This document shows, one piece after another, positions 10,128 through 20,801 of a stretch of 64,000 nt of DNA. The DNA is from a virus. The notes under the pieces are model-generated. The model had not been told where the DNA came from, searched no databases, and saw only the letters and a list, made by a program, of their open reading frames with translations. Position 1 is the stretch's first letter. Each line of letters starts with the position of its first letter. Both the position numbers and the translations under genes were made by a program. The DNA lies in the IMG/VR virus record IMGVR_UViG_3300045988_073134; one strand, written 5' to 3'.

Positions 10128-13100
10128 CTATCCAATCATAAATCTACCAACAAATAATATATTTTTACTTGATAAACTTTTTACTTTTACTTTTCTGAAT
10201 ACTCCGTTTGTCAATCCATTTGTACATTCAAGTGCCACAAAGTCGCCATCTTTGTCTTTTTCAACTACTATAGCTGTATGAGATATGGCCATAAATTCAC
10301 CATTATTCTTACTGTCAGCGTCCATAAATATAATATCTCCAATGGCTAAATTTTTAAATGTTTCTAAGTCTGCCACGTCTACCACCCAGTTTTTCTGCAC
10401 AAAATATTTTCCTATATTAGCTTCATTTCTAGTGCTTGGAATTGCCCAACTAATACTATTATTTCTATTATTATCAGCTTTCTTTTCGTTGCCATATGGA
10501 GATTTTTCATAAGTCCAACCAGTTAATACATAATTAAGAAAACAACTATCATCTATTTGATATTTTCCGTTTACTTTCCACTTACTGATATTCTCAGCAG
10601 GATTCTTGAAGTCACAAGGTGTAGTAGAATTATAACTGAACTTACTATTATTTTTATAATAACTATCAGCTATTTTAACTAGGTCTGAGGAATATTTAAA
10701 AAGAGGCTGTGCATAATTTGTGCCTTTTTTCTTAGCTCCAACACTTCCCAAATATGCCTTATCACTAATAGTAGTATCTGGGTTATAATAAACTGATACA
10801 ATATAAGTAGTATTTTCTTTTGGTAATAATACCCCATTCTTACAATCTACACCTTCCAAATACACGCTGTCAGGTTGTATTAATTTAAAACCTTTTGCAG
10901 CAGTGAAAACAATACGTGCATAGTAACTATCATTATAATTTGTTGATGAAGTTGCTGGCACCCTAAATTGTAGTTTTGTTAGTGGTTTATTATAAGTGTA
11001 CACTCTTTGGCTATCCAACATTTTATTACTAGTAGCACTGTCACTTTCCCATTCTGCTCCTTCACCAAAGTATAATATTTTCTTTTTATATTCCTTATAA
11101 TATGTTTGTGTACTTGCTTTGTCCTTCATTCTATACCCGTCTGTAGTTAAGCTACTTAGCCAGTAATATTTATCAGTGGCATCACACATATCCTTTGGTT
11201 TTCTTAAGAATATTACGTATTTTGTTTTATTGCAGTAGTCTAACATCATATTATTAAGTGAGTCTATCGCCTCGTTCATTTGTTTGTAGTTGCCGGACTG
11301 TGAACTTCTTAAACGAGCTTCTTCACATACAAATATAGGTTTCTTTGGATATTTCTTCAATAGTGCTTTTATAAGAGATTGATAGTCTTCCACAACGTTA
11401 TCAACATTATCCCCAAGTGCAGGAACTCCGAAAGCTAACATGACATGACTGACAGTCTTAGGATATGGTGTTTTATCAGTAACTCCATTGACAGTAATAT
11501 TAGTAATAAGGTTTCCATTCTCTACAAAGTCTTTAGGAGCCGCGCTATTAAGTCCTTTATAAGTAACTTCGTAAGTTGTTCCGTCATCATCATCTACTAT
11601 GTCTTTTGGAGGAGTTGGTTTTGTAGCTGATTGATTTTTCACTTTTGCCTCTTTGTCTGCTCTTGCTAAATCCCAAGGTCTAAGTATTATACCATGTGTA
11701 TACCAATGTGTCATACTACCTCTTGAGCTATATGTTATGCTCATGTCTTCATATCTTATCGCTCTTGGCCATTTATGACCTCCACTTGCATGAGCTATCA
11801 TACGTTTACCCTTAACTTTTCCACAATACACAACTACGTGGTGAGTACCGGCTTTGGCATATTTAGAATCACCACCTGGTTTTGATGCCCAATCAACAGT
11901 TACATTTGATGGAACTGTGGCATTACTTAACATTATTAAGTCTCCAGGTAATAGTTCGTCAATTGTTTTACTTGTTAATTTCTTTAATGTATACCCACTA
12001 TATTTTGTAGCATATCTTACTAAAGAACCATAAGCACAATTGGCTCCACCATATTTTGCAGTTACACTTCTAAGTCCTGCATATAAGTAAGCACAACTAC
12101 TAAGAGAACTACATACGTAGCAGTATGGGTTTTTAATACCGTGTATAGTACCGCTTACTCTAAATCTTTTACTGTCGTCGTAAATACAAGCTCCACCATA
12201 ATAAGTAGCTTTTTTATATTTTTGATGTAGGTCACAAATTTCACGTGCTTTATTTACTATTTTCTTTCTTACGTTCTCAGCAACCCCTTTTGTATTTGTA
12301 GTATTACCATCTATTTTCCATGTAGGAGCATTTTTAACACTGGCTGCTCTAGTCATAGAAGACTCAGTAGATACAGCAGTAGCTTCTGCACTCTTATTAG
12401 AAGTACCAGGTTTTACTGCTCCATACCCTCTTTTTTTACCTTTATCATCAATACAATATGGTAATTGTCCGTCTACTACCTTATACCATCTTAAATAGTA
12501 TTCTATATTTTTTGCTGTACCCGCATGTTTTGTAGATACATACCATTCTCTACCACCAGCCCATGCGGCAGTACCTTTTTCCAATTCTTTAAAATATAAA
12601 GATTGTACTTTAGAACTTTGTACTGTATATCCATATTTATTAACCCATGATAAGTTGTTCTTCATTGCAACATATCTACATATTAATAAATCACATCCAT
12701 ATAAACCAAAGTTATAGCCAACTAACGCTGCGAATATATTCCATTTAAAACGTTTTAGGGATTTTCTAAGTTCATTACAACCAAACATTACTTGATTAGC
12801 TACACCCTTATCCACTTTTATCCCATTAATAGTACGTGTGCCACAACTTTTAGGTTTCATATTACTATAGCTTGGGGTAAAGTAGTCTTTACTGCCATCC
12901 ATAAATTCTATAGTTTGCTTTTTATTAAAATATGCCGCACGTTCGCATTGCATAAGTCCATATCCACCAGCACTTGATTTAGTAGCGTCATATGGATTGC
13001 CACTGGATTCTGCATATATCATAGCATAAACTAGCTGTGGGTCAAGTCCAAATTTTTTACTATAATGTTCTACCATAACATATATTTTCCATGTATTGGA

Positions 13101-14681
13101 TTTACTTCTTAGATTTTTTAAATCACTATACTTATCACTCCATTTACCTAAATCAAATTTAGCATAATAATCTACGGCTGCTTTGTACTGTTTTGCAGTT
13201 TTACTGCTATCCTCTTTCTTGTCTGGTTGTGGTTGTGTAGTAGGTGTTTTACCTTTTATTTCGCCACATTTATATTTAATACAGTCATGAATTCTACTAT
13301 CACCTATCCATAGTCCATTATCTATTTTCTTTATGTTAATACTTCTATAGTCTTCCGTATCTTCACTTATTTTGTCTGAGTCATCACCTGGTTTTATAGG
13401 GTCAGGCACTACTTTGTCTGTATATTGTTTAATAAGTTTGTCTATTAATTTCTTATCAATGCCTAGTTGATTTAGATAATTTCTAATAGCAAGTAAATCA
13501 CTAGCAGTCAATTTTCCGTGTTTCTTAATTATATCTACAACATCATTGACAATGTCATCTTTATTCAAAGACTTCATCTTACTACGTATTTGTTTGTAGT
13601 TTCCTAAAGTTATACTGTTTTTAGTTCTGTCAGTAAAACTGATTTCAAATTTTGTAATACGTGCTTCTAACTGAACTGGAGGATTAAATTTTCTACTAAC
13701 AACATAGTTAGTATCACCAATATCAATTTCCTCATAATCTTGCTCAGTCATATATACTGGTATCTCATAACTGAATTTAGTTTTATTTAGTTCTTTTAAT
13801 TTTGCATACCCTTCGTGTATCAATGTATATATATCTTCTGCATCACTTTTATATTTCATCAATACATATTTACCACCATTATTCAACATCTCATGCGCTT
13901 TCTCATCAAATATATAGTTCTGACCAAGCGGTTTGTCGGTTGGGTCGCCTTGTTCTTTTTCCCACTTCACATCACTAATAGTAAGTCCATTTTTACCTAC
14001 TGGAATAATACCGCTACAAAAGTTTGTAATATCTCCAGTACGTTTCATACCATAACTATTTCTGTCACTCTCAAATCTTTTATATCTTTTAGTTCCTCTC
14101 TCACCATTCGCAAAGCAGTCTACAAAGAAGTTAAATTTACCTCTTTTTATGTCTACTGGAACTGTTCTAAATTGCCATTCACATTCATATAATATTGAAG
14201 TCGCATTCTGTATGACTGAATATACACTAGTAACTTCTGTAGTCTCTACTCTAAAGGCTTCCTCATCTAATGAAGGACTTACATAGCCAACTTTATAGTT
14301 AGTATCCATTAGTATAGTTTCCAATAATTTTGTCGCGTTTCCGTCTGCCACAAATTTATCCACATAACTATTATACAATTCAATACCAATAAACTCTGCA
14401 TAAACTGTAATAGTCACATCATCTATGTGTTCAATACTAGAGGTTTTCTTAATCTGCATAAGTTTAAAATTATCTTGCCAATAAAATCCAATATAGTTAC
14501 CTTCTAAAAATATTGGTTGGTCTTGATAACTTACTTTAAAGGAGGCAGTATAAGTCTCTGCCCCCGTTATAAGTTCACTAGTATAAGTGTCATCATATAC
14601 TTTTATGCTATTGGTATTTGTGGTATTTATTAGTTTTAATAGTTTTTTCGTATTGTCAAATATATATAAGTTTTTAATCAT
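10128..14681 (-). CDS. Tail-associated lysin / tail tip protein (Tal) with one SLT and two NlpC/P60-like domains
   Basis: 1517 aa. The N-terminus resembles phage minor structural / prophage tail endopeptidase proteins. SLT motif AESSGNPYDATKSSAGGYGLMQ is encoded near 12960-13020. It has Cys...His pairs CSSLSSCAY...HHVVVYCG, and C-terminal DDSCFLNYV...ISHTAIVV. Confidence 0.7.
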   Translation of the reverse strand: MIKNLYIFDNTKKLLKLINTTNTNSIKVYDDTYTSELITGAETYTASFKVSYQDQPIFLEGNYIGFYWQDNFKLMQIKKTSSIEHIDDVTITVYAEFIGIELYNSYVDKFVADGNATKLLETILMDTNYKVGYVSPSLDEEAFRVETTEVTSVYSVIQNATSILYECEWQFRTVPVDIKRGKFNFFVDCFANGERGTKRYKRFESDRNSYGMKRTGDITNFCSGIIPVGKNGLTISDVKWEKEQGDPTDKPLGQNYIFDEKAHEMLNNGGKYVLMKYKSDAEDIYTLIHEGYAKLKELNKTKFSYEIPVYMTEQDYEEIDIGDTNYVVSRKFNPPVQLEARITKFEISFTDRTKNSITLGNYKQIRSKMKSLNKDDIVNDVVDIIKKHGKLTASDLLAIRNYLNQLGIDKKLIDKLIKQYTDKVVPDPIKPGDDSDKISEDTEDYRSINIKKIDNGLWIGDSRIHDCIKYKCGEIKGKTPTTQPQPDKKEDSSKTAKQYKAAVDYYAKFDLGKWSDKYSDLKNLRSKSNTWKIYVMVEHYSKKFGLDPQLVYAMIYAESSGNPYDATKSSAGGYGLMQCERAAYFNKKQTIEFMDGSKDYFTPSYSNMKPKSCGTRTINGIKVDKGVANQVMFGCNELRKSLKRFKWNIFAALVGYNFGLYGCDLLICRYVAMKNNLSWVNKYGYTVQSSKVQSLYFKELEKGTAAWAGGREWYVSTKHAGTAKNIEYYLRWYKVVDGQLPYCIDDKGKKRGYGAVKPGTSNKSAEATAVSTESSMTRAASVKNAPTWKIDGNTTNTKGVAENVRKKIVNKAREICDLHQKYKKATYYGGACIYDDSKRFRVSGTIHGIKNPYCYVCSSLSSCAYLYAGLRSVTAKYGGANCAYGSLVRYATKYSGYTLKKLTSKTIDELLPGDLIMLSNATVPSNVTVDWASKPGGDSKYAKAGTHHVVVYCGKVKGKRMIAHASGGHKWPRAIRYEDMSITYSSRGSMTHWYTHGIILRPWDLARADKEAKVKNQSATKPTPPKDIVDDDDGTTYEVTYKGLNSAAPKDFVENGNLITNITVNGVTDKTPYPKTVSHVMLAFGVPALGDNVDNVVEDYQSLIKALLKKYPKKPIFVCEEARLRSSQSGNYKQMNEAIDSLNNMMLDYCNKTKYVIFLRKPKDMCDATDKYYWLSSLTTDGYRMKDKASTQTYYKEYKKKILYFGEGAEWESDSATSNKMLDSQRVYTYNKPLTKLQFRVPATSSTNYNDSYYARIVFTAAKGFKLIQPDSVYLEGVDCKNGVLLPKENTTYIVSVYYNPDTTISDKAYLGSVGAKKKGTNYAQPLFKYSSDLVKIADSYYKNNSKFSYNSTTPCDFKNPAENISKWKVNGKYQIDDSCFLNYVLTGWTYEKSPYGNEKKADNNRNNSISWAIPSTRNEANIGKYFVQKNWVVDVADLETFKNLAIGDIIFMDADSKNNGEFMAISHTAIVVEKDKDGDFVALECTNGLTNGVFRKVKVKSLSSKNILFVGRFMIG

Positions 14682-14692
14682 TTAAATACCTC

Positions 14693-16903
14693 CTATTCAC
14701 TAGTTAAATTTAAATTCTCAGCTGGAGTACTTCTATCTTCATCTACTACTCCTAACCATTTTTCTCTTATCAATACACCTAGACTTGCAGATGTATCATC
14801 GCTAACTACTTGTAATGTTGTTTCACCTTCATCTACAGTAAAATATGAACTACCAATATCTACTAAATCATTTCTCAACTCATTGTTTAAATAACAATCA
14901 CCATTCTCAAAATCCAAGTCTAATTTATCTCCAGACTCAAAGTATTTTATATTAGAAATTTCTTCACTCTCAGGATTCAATTCATATACTTTTATATCAC
15001 TAATACCTACTCCACAAGCATTTTCTAATTTATCTGCCATAGTTCCAATATATATTGCTAAGTAACTTAATGGTTCTGTAGAGTATTCACTACTACGCTT
15101 GTTATTAGCTGATACAGACTGAGTAAATGTTCCATCATCATTCTTTTGTACTTGAGCACTATATACATAGTTTTTACCAGTTTTCTTCCTAGTTAATGTA
15201 AAGTATGCGTTGGCATCATTCCAACTACCATATTTACCACTCATATAATGATTAGTAACAATTTTACCATTATTATCAACAGTTTGGTCAGTTTTTTCCT
15301 TTGGCGTATCATTACTTGTTATCAATATAGATTTTTTACTAACACTTACTTCTGCTTGGTTATACTCAAAATATTGATTAATATCACCTAAATACAATCT
15401 AAATATCTGAGTACCGTTTATATCGAATCCATATACCTCAGCTATTCCTGTCTTGTGGTCTGCGTATGCAGGGTCATCACTATAATCAACACTATTATCC
15501 ATTGCTGCCGCACCTTTAAGATTGTCTACATTTATATAACCAGTATGTTTCTTACCATTCTTATCTTTCCAAGGTTTATATATTCTGTAGTAAGTTATTG
15601 TCTGAGAGGCACTATTAGAATCTTTTGGTTTATATGTATATGTTCTTTGTATTATTCTAAGTTTTGTGCCATATGGTATAGTACATTCTACTTTACTGCC
15701 AGGGTTAGGTTTCGTATATACTACACAACTACCGCCTGTTAGTGTTTTACTTGGAGTCAACCACATATTAGCTACTGTGAATTCCTTTACAACACTTTTA
15801 GAATTGTCTTTTACTTGTTTCTTTATATATTTTGCTGATACATAATAGGTTTTAGTTTTGTATTTTATCTTTGCCCATCCATTCTGAATTGTTACATCGG
15901 TTAATTTAGTGCCTTTTGGAATAATCCCTTGAGATTTTCCCTTTGTACTTGGTTGAGTTCTGTAATTAACTCCGTTGGCAGTTACTTCATAATAAGTAAC
16001 TTTGCCACCTTCCACTACAGTTTCTTTGACTTTTTCTTGCTCACTCAAGACATTGTTAGGGTCTCCATTTTTACCACTTGACCTACATTGCATTCTCACC
16101 ATTACTTTAAAATCATCAATATTTTTACTCAACGCAATACGTGCGCACGCTCCTTTTATTTTCTCTGTACTGCTACTACCCAATTCACTAAGAATAAAAC
16201 TATTACCACTTGATGAAATAGTAAAGGAACCACCTGTGCCACGGCCACTGTTAATATTTGCGCCGCTTTGAATTAATGTACCTACACTTTCACAAGGGTT
16301 GTGTAGTATTAATGTCTGTTCCTTCTTTGTAGTGCTTAATTGTAGTTGTGGATAATCTCCTACCAATATTTTTTCTCCAGTCTTATTATTTTGAAGTTGA
16401 GCAAAATGAGCGTCTGCTCCAAAGCCTATACTTACATATGGTAGAGTTGCTAACTCACCATTGTTCTCAACTACCACAGTCTGTTGACCATCTTCGGCAT
16501 TGTATGCCTGTACATTATCACTGTAACTATATGGTGTATGACATATTAATTCTATGTCAGCGTACCCACTCATACTATTCTTTTTCTTTACTTTAAGTGC
16601 TCCTTTTAACATTCCATATATGGTGATATTCTCACAAAACTTTATTGGTACTTCTTGTTTTGTATTAAGAATATCATGAAGACATTGAACACGAGTCTTA
16701 TATTCTTCCTCAGTATCACCTATTATCACAAGTGAGATAGGAATAGAGACAGGGTCATATTTGGCCCCGTCAAATATCTCACCGTCTCTACTAGATACAT
16801 TAATAGTATCAATAGATTTTTCAGGTATATATGGTTTCTCTATACTAGTTACTATCGCTAAATCATTTATCTGAGTTCCATTAAAATTAAAATAATTATA
16901 CAT
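14693..16903 (-). CDS. Distal tail protein (Dit) with SH3b-like insertions
   Basis: The N-terminus MYNYFNFNGTQINDLAIVTSIEKPYIP is siphovirus tail-component-like. The internal GVNYRTQPSTKGKSQGIIPKGTKLTDVTIQNGWAKIKY looks like SH3b. I prefer ATG 16903 (RBS GAGGTG) to the track start at 16939. Confidence 0.65.
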   Translation of the reverse strand: MYNYFNFNGTQINDLAIVTSIEKPYIPEKSIDTINVSSRDGEIFDGAKYDPVSIPISLVIIGDTEEEYKTRVQCLHDILNTKQEVPIKFCENITIYGMLKGALKVKKKNSMSGYADIELICHTPYSYSDNVQAYNAEDGQQTVVVENNGELATLPYVSIGFGADAHFAQLQNNKTGEKILVGDYPQLQLSTTKKEQTLILHNPCESVGTLIQSGANINSGRGTGGSFTISSSGNSFILSELGSSSTEKIKGACARIALSKNIDDFKVMVRMQCRSSGKNGDPNNVLSEQEKVKETVVEGGKVTYYEVTANGVNYRTQPSTKGKSQGIIPKGTKLTDVTIQNGWAKIKYKTKTYYVSAKYIKKQVKDNSKSVVKEFTVANMWLTPSKTLTGGSCVVYTKPNPGSKVECTIPYGTKLRIIQRTYTYKPKDSNSASQTITYYRIYKPWKDKNGKKHTGYINVDNLKGAAAMDNSVDYSDDPAYADHKTGIAEVYGFDINGTQIFRLYLGDINQYFEYNQAEVSVSKKSILITSNDTPKEKTDQTVDNNGKIVTNHYMSGKYGSWNDANAYFTLTRKKTGKNYVYSAQVQKNDDGTFTQSVSANNKRSSEYSTEPLSYLAIYIGTMADKLENACGVGISDIKVYELNPESEEISNIKYFESGDKLDLDFENGDCYLNNELRNDLVDIGSSYFTVDEGETTLQVVSDDTSASLGVLIREKWLGVVDEDRSTPAENLNLTSE

Positions 16904-19493
16904 AATCTCTCTCACCTCTAAATCTTTCCTTTTGGTCATTGTAGTAGTCGTTTGTCTCTTGTACTGACTTAGCCACCTTTTGTCCTACCACTACTTTGTC
17001 CATAAGTATTGGAGTATTAGTATCTTGTAATGCCTTTTTATATTCTTTTCCCATTTCTTTATAGTCGAATTCTTGCTTACTATCTTGCATTGCTTGTGCC
17101 ATACCTTTTATCGCATACAATAAATTATTATCCACTGTGTTTTCACTATTTATATTAATACCTGCTGTACTCATATTAACTTTACCTAGGAATTTATTTG
17201 TGTCTATAGTTTCTACTAAATTACTAGCATAATCTTTAATTGCTTTTATAGTTTGACCTGCATTCGCCTCAATACCAACAGTAACACCAGCCGGTATCAT
17301 TTTCCCTACCATGTCTCTAAATACTGTTGATGGAGAATGAATACCCAAAGCGTCTTTTGCTGCATTTAAAGCTCTACTTGCTATATTTTGCATTGTACTA
17401 AATAGTTGACCAGCCGCATTAGTAATACCAGTAATAATACCATGTATGATATTACTTCCTATAGTCACCATTCTTCCAGGTAAACTACTAATACCATTTA
17501 TGATATTATCTTTGAATCTCTGTGCAGCTTCTCTACCCTTTTGAGCAAAACTTGCCGCAAAAGATATTACTCTTGAAATTGTTGATACTAGGAAAGACCA
17601 TACACGACCTGGTAATTGTTGTATGAATGTACTTACACCATTTAAAAATCTACTACCAGCTTGTTGAGCTCTACTTGCCATTTGAACTACCCAACTTCCA
17701 ACACGACTAATAGTAGTTGTTAGCCAAGTCCAAATACGTCCTGGTAGTTGTTGAATAAATGTAATTACATTTTGTACAAATTTACTACCTGCTTCATAGG
17801 CCTTTTGAGCCATCTGTCCAACCCATAGTACCGCATAAGCTACTGCATAACATAGCCAATACCAAATAGTTTCAGGTAAGTTACTGAACCAATTTCCTAT
17901 ATTACTTATCATTTCAGGCACAGTTTGAGTAAAGAAGTTTTTTAGTGAATCTATCGCATTACTGGCTATAGTTTTTATATTCTCCCAAAGATTAATCCAA
18001 AACTCTTTGAATCCATCAATATTATTCCATGCCCATATAAAAGCAGCTACAAGTGCAGCTATAGCTGCCACAACTAATACAATTGGATTAGCTAATAATA
18101 CTCCCCATAGACTTTGTAAGGCGGGTATTACAGTATCAACTATTACTGGTACAATTGTATCCATTATAACTGATTTAAATATTAAAAAGGCTGTTCGTGC
18201 TGCGCCGAATGCAGCTTTTAATATTCCTATTGCTTGCTTCATTTTTAAAAATGCCTGAATACCTTTACCAATAACAAGTAGTATAGGCCCTACGGCTGCA
18301 AGTAATAGTGCCAGTGATACTATTACTTGTTTAATAGGCCCCGGTAAGTTTAAGAAGGATTGAAGTAATTTTGTTAGCATACCTACAACTAATGATAATG
18401 GACCTGTAGTATTCCCAATATCAAGTTGTACTGCCTCCCAAGCACTACTCAATTGTTTTAATGCTCCAGTTAAATCTGAGTTCATCATATCAGACATTTT
18501 TTTCGCAGTGCCTTTACTTTTTTCTAATTCTTTAGTAAAGTTATCAATACTGTCTGCTCCTGTATTACATAAGATACCCATACCTTTTATAGAGTCAGCA
18601 GTAAATGTTGTCATAAGAGCAGCCGTCTTCTGAGCATCTCCCATGCCTTCTGTTGCCTTATCTACATCTCGTATAATATCAGTCATACTTCTAAAGTTAC
18701 CATTAGCATCTTGAACTTTTACTGACGTATTTCCTATTTGTATTGCACCATTTTTCATCTTCTGAGTCATATCTCTTATGATTGCATTTAAGGCAGTACC
18801 ACCTTCACTACCTTTAAGACCTGCATCTGCAAATTTACTTAAGATTGCAGTAGTTTCTTCTAGTGTCATACCTGCGTTGTGAGCATTAACTGCACAGTTC
18901 TTAAATGCTTCTCCAAGCATCTCAGTAGTTGTATTTGAGTTAGCTTGTGCATAAGATAGTACGTCTGCCATACGACCTGCTTGGTCAGCCTCTAACCCGA
19001 ATGCAGTTAAGTAATCAGTTACCAAATCGGATGCTTGTGCTAAGTCCATTCCAGAGGCTGCCGCCAAATTAAGTACTCCAGGTAAACCTGCTGCCGATTG
19101 TTGAGCATCCCAACCCGCCAGTGCCATATATCCTAACGCATCGGCTGCCTCACTCGCACTATATACAGTAGATGCCCCCATCTGTTTTGCAGTATCTTCC
19201 AATAATTTTAAGTCACTACCAGTAGCTCCTGATAATGCTTTTACTTTTGACATTGAATGCTCGAATGTCATCTGAGTTTTAACAACACTGGCTCCCAAAG
19301 CCATTACTGGAGCAGTTACTCCTGCTGTAAGAGCAGTACCTACACTTGACAAACTTTCCCCAGTAGCCTTTAAGCCACTAAAGCTACTTTGTGTCTGATT
19401 TACTTGCTCAACTGCTCTATTTAAGTTACTATTAAAATCACTCATTTCCAATTTTAGGTGAGCAACAATGCTCCCTAAATCTACACCAGCCAT
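16896..19493 (-). CDS. Tape measure protein
   Basis: The TP901-type core MSKVKALSGATGSDLKLLEDTAKQMGAS is present, with central TM-like segments and three ~44-aa repeats (FIQQLPGR(I/V)W...). ATG 19493 has RBS AAGGTGG, whereas the track start at 19511 has none. Confidence 0.8.
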   Translation of the reverse strand: MAGVDLGSIVAHLKLEMSDFNSNLNRAVEQVNQTQSSFSGLKATGESLSSVGTALTAGVTAPVMALGASVVKTQMTFEHSMSKVKALSGATGSDLKLLEDTAKQMGASTVYSASEAADALGYMALAGWDAQQSAAGLPGVLNLAAASGMDLAQASDLVTDYLTAFGLEADQAGRMADVLSYAQANSNTTTEMLGEAFKNCAVNAHNAGMTLEETTAILSKFADAGLKGSEGGTALNAIIRDMTQKMKNGAIQIGNTSVKVQDANGNFRSMTDIIRDVDKATEGMGDAQKTAALMTTFTADSIKGMGILCNTGADSIDNFTKELEKSKGTAKKMSDMMNSDLTGALKQLSSAWEAVQLDIGNTTGPLSLVVGMLTKLLQSFLNLPGPIKQVIVSLALLLAAVGPILLVIGKGIQAFLKMKQAIGILKAAFGAARTAFLIFKSVIMDTIVPVIVDTVIPALQSLWGVLLANPIVLVVAAIAALVAAFIWAWNNIDGFKEFWINLWENIKTIASNAIDSLKNFFTQTVPEMISNIGNWFSNLPETIWYWLCYAVAYAVLWVGQMAQKAYEAGSKFVQNVITFIQQLPGRIWTWLTTTISRVGSWVVQMASRAQQAGSRFLNGVSTFIQQLPGRVWSFLVSTISRVISFAASFAQKGREAAQRFKDNIINGISSLPGRMVTIGSNIIHGIITGITNAAGQLFSTMQNIASRALNAAKDALGIHSPSTVFRDMVGKMIPAGVTVGIEANAGQTIKAIKDYASNLVETIDTNKFLGKVNMSTAGININSENTVDNNLLYAIKGMAQAMQDSKQEFDYKEMGKEYKKALQDTNTPILMDKVVVGQKVAKSVQETNDYYNDQKERFRGERDYV

Positions 19494-19522
19494 ATTATTC
19501 ACCACCTTCATATAATTAAAAA

Positions 19523-19548
19523 ACAGTAGAACCTTCGTCCTACTGTTA
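19523..19548 (-). terminator. Hairpin plus T-run between the tail chaperone genes and the TMP gene
   Basis: The minus strand reads AACAGTAG-GACGAAGGTT-CTACTGTT followed by TTTTAATTAT. Confidence 0.4.
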
Positions 19549-19554
19549 ATTTTA

Positions 19555-19821
19555 TTAGCTCATCAGTAAATCTAAACCAGGATTTTTATTCTTAGTTTTA
19601 CTTTCAATTTCATCTTCTCTAAATATTGGTTTTTTAGTTTTGCCTTCTTTGTCAGGCTGCATCATATTGTATAGATATGTAGCCGCCTCATCTATACAGT
19701 AACGACCATACACATCATCTTCATCTATACCTAATAAGTCACTAGGTCTACATCCAAAGGTCTTAGCAGTAGAAATAACATTTAGTATTCTTCTACTTTC
19801 GAATAGAGGGTATGGCAGCAT
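19555..19821 (-). CDS. Second tail chaperone ORF (T-like), in the +1 frame relative to the upstream ORF
   Basis: 88 aa. Its frame is closed by TAA immediately 5' of its own ATG, and AAGGAA lies 7 nt upstream. See the finding on this overlap. Confidence 0.45.
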   Translation of the reverse strand: MLPYPLFESRRILNVISTAKTFGCRPSDLLGIDEDDVYGRYCIDEAATYLYNMMQPDKEGKTKKPIFREDEIESKTKNKNPGLDLLMS

Positions 19822-20191
19822 TTACATTTCCTTGTGCCTCTCCCATTATCTGCATTTTTTGAGTATCTGTTATTACATCTTTAATTTCTTCAAACGTAGG
19901 TTCCACCAAACTTTGTTCACATACTAAATCTATTATTTCCATTATATCTTTTATTTTATTCTCATCTTGTTCAAATAATTCCATTGGTTTATCTTTTCCA
20001 GTTCGTTCAAATAAATCATTTACTGTTCCTAAAAGATTATTTGGAAGTTTTCCACTCATCAAAAGATTTAATAGACTAGCTGGTTTTATTCTTACTGCTA
20101 TTTTCTCACCAGGTTCAAATCCATCTATTTCTATTATTCTAGTTGCTTTTTTTCTAAATTCTCTTGCACTTATTACTTTTAACTCACTCAT
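19793..20191 (-). CDS. Tail assembly chaperone (G-like)
   Basis: 132-aa acidic protein between the major tail protein and TMP genes. It overlaps the next ORF by 29 nt. Confidence 0.55.
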   Translation of the reverse strand: MSELKVISAREFRKKATRIIEIDGFEPGEKIAVRIKPASLLNLLMSGKLPNNLLGTVNDLFERTGKDKPMELFEQDENKIKDIMEIIDLVCEQSLVEPTFEEIKDVITDTQKMQIMGEAQGNVNAAIPSIRK

Positions 20192-20216
20192 TGTATTCTC
20201 CTCCTATATACTTATA

Positions 20217-20789
20217 TTATTTTGTAGCAGGGTCAGCAGGTAACTCATCAACAAAAGTTATTTCTTTTATTGGTAGTTTTGCTTTTGTGTTTTCTCTAGC
20301 TTTTATTTCAAACTCAGGAGCAAAGAATCCATCTCCTACAGTCATTGTAGGGAATTTTCCTGTACATTTATTCAATGTTACTTTAGCGTAGTTAACAATT
20401 GAGTCTCCGCTATAGTTAGCAACATATAAGTCTAGTTTAAATGGTTTTGCTACGTTTCCTTCACTCATCATTGGAGTTGATAACTTTTTAGTACCGCTTT
20501 TATCTCCTTCTTCCACTTTATATCCAGCTACAAGTCCTGCCATTGTGTCATCAAATTGATTATCTGTAAGTTTTATATCGTATCCATAAATTAAATCGTC
20601 TGTTCTAACAACTGCTAAGATACTAACATCATTTCTTAATATATCTTCTTCACCTTCACTAAGCACCGGTTCCAATTCTGCCTTTTGAGCAGTTTTTATA
20701 TGAGCTACAACTCCTTCAGTTTTAGCTGCCCCTGTAGTTGGGTCAAGTTCAGTTATTACTGCCTTTTTAATATTGTACAATATAGCCAT
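20217..20789 (-). CDS. Major tail protein
   Basis: 190 aa. The call rests on position upstream of the chaperone pair and on size and composition typical of siphovirus major tail proteins. Confidence 0.55.
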   Translation of the reverse strand: MAILYNIKKAVITELDPTTGAAKTEGVVAHIKTAQKAELEPVLSEGEEDILRNDVSILAVVRTDDLIYGYDIKLTDNQFDDTMAGLVAGYKVEEGDKSGTKKLSTPMMSEGNVAKPFKLDLYVANYSGDSIVNYAKVTLNKCTGKFPTMTVGDGFFAPEFEIKARENTKAKLPIKEITFVDELPADPATK

Positions 20790-20801
20790 TTTATTTTCCT
20801 C

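Noticed and set aside
19793-19821. Canonical -1 programmed frameshift in the tail chaperone overlap
   Set aside because: The downstream frame is +1 and not -1. It is closed by TAA immediately before its ATG, and no XXXYYYZ heptamer is present.
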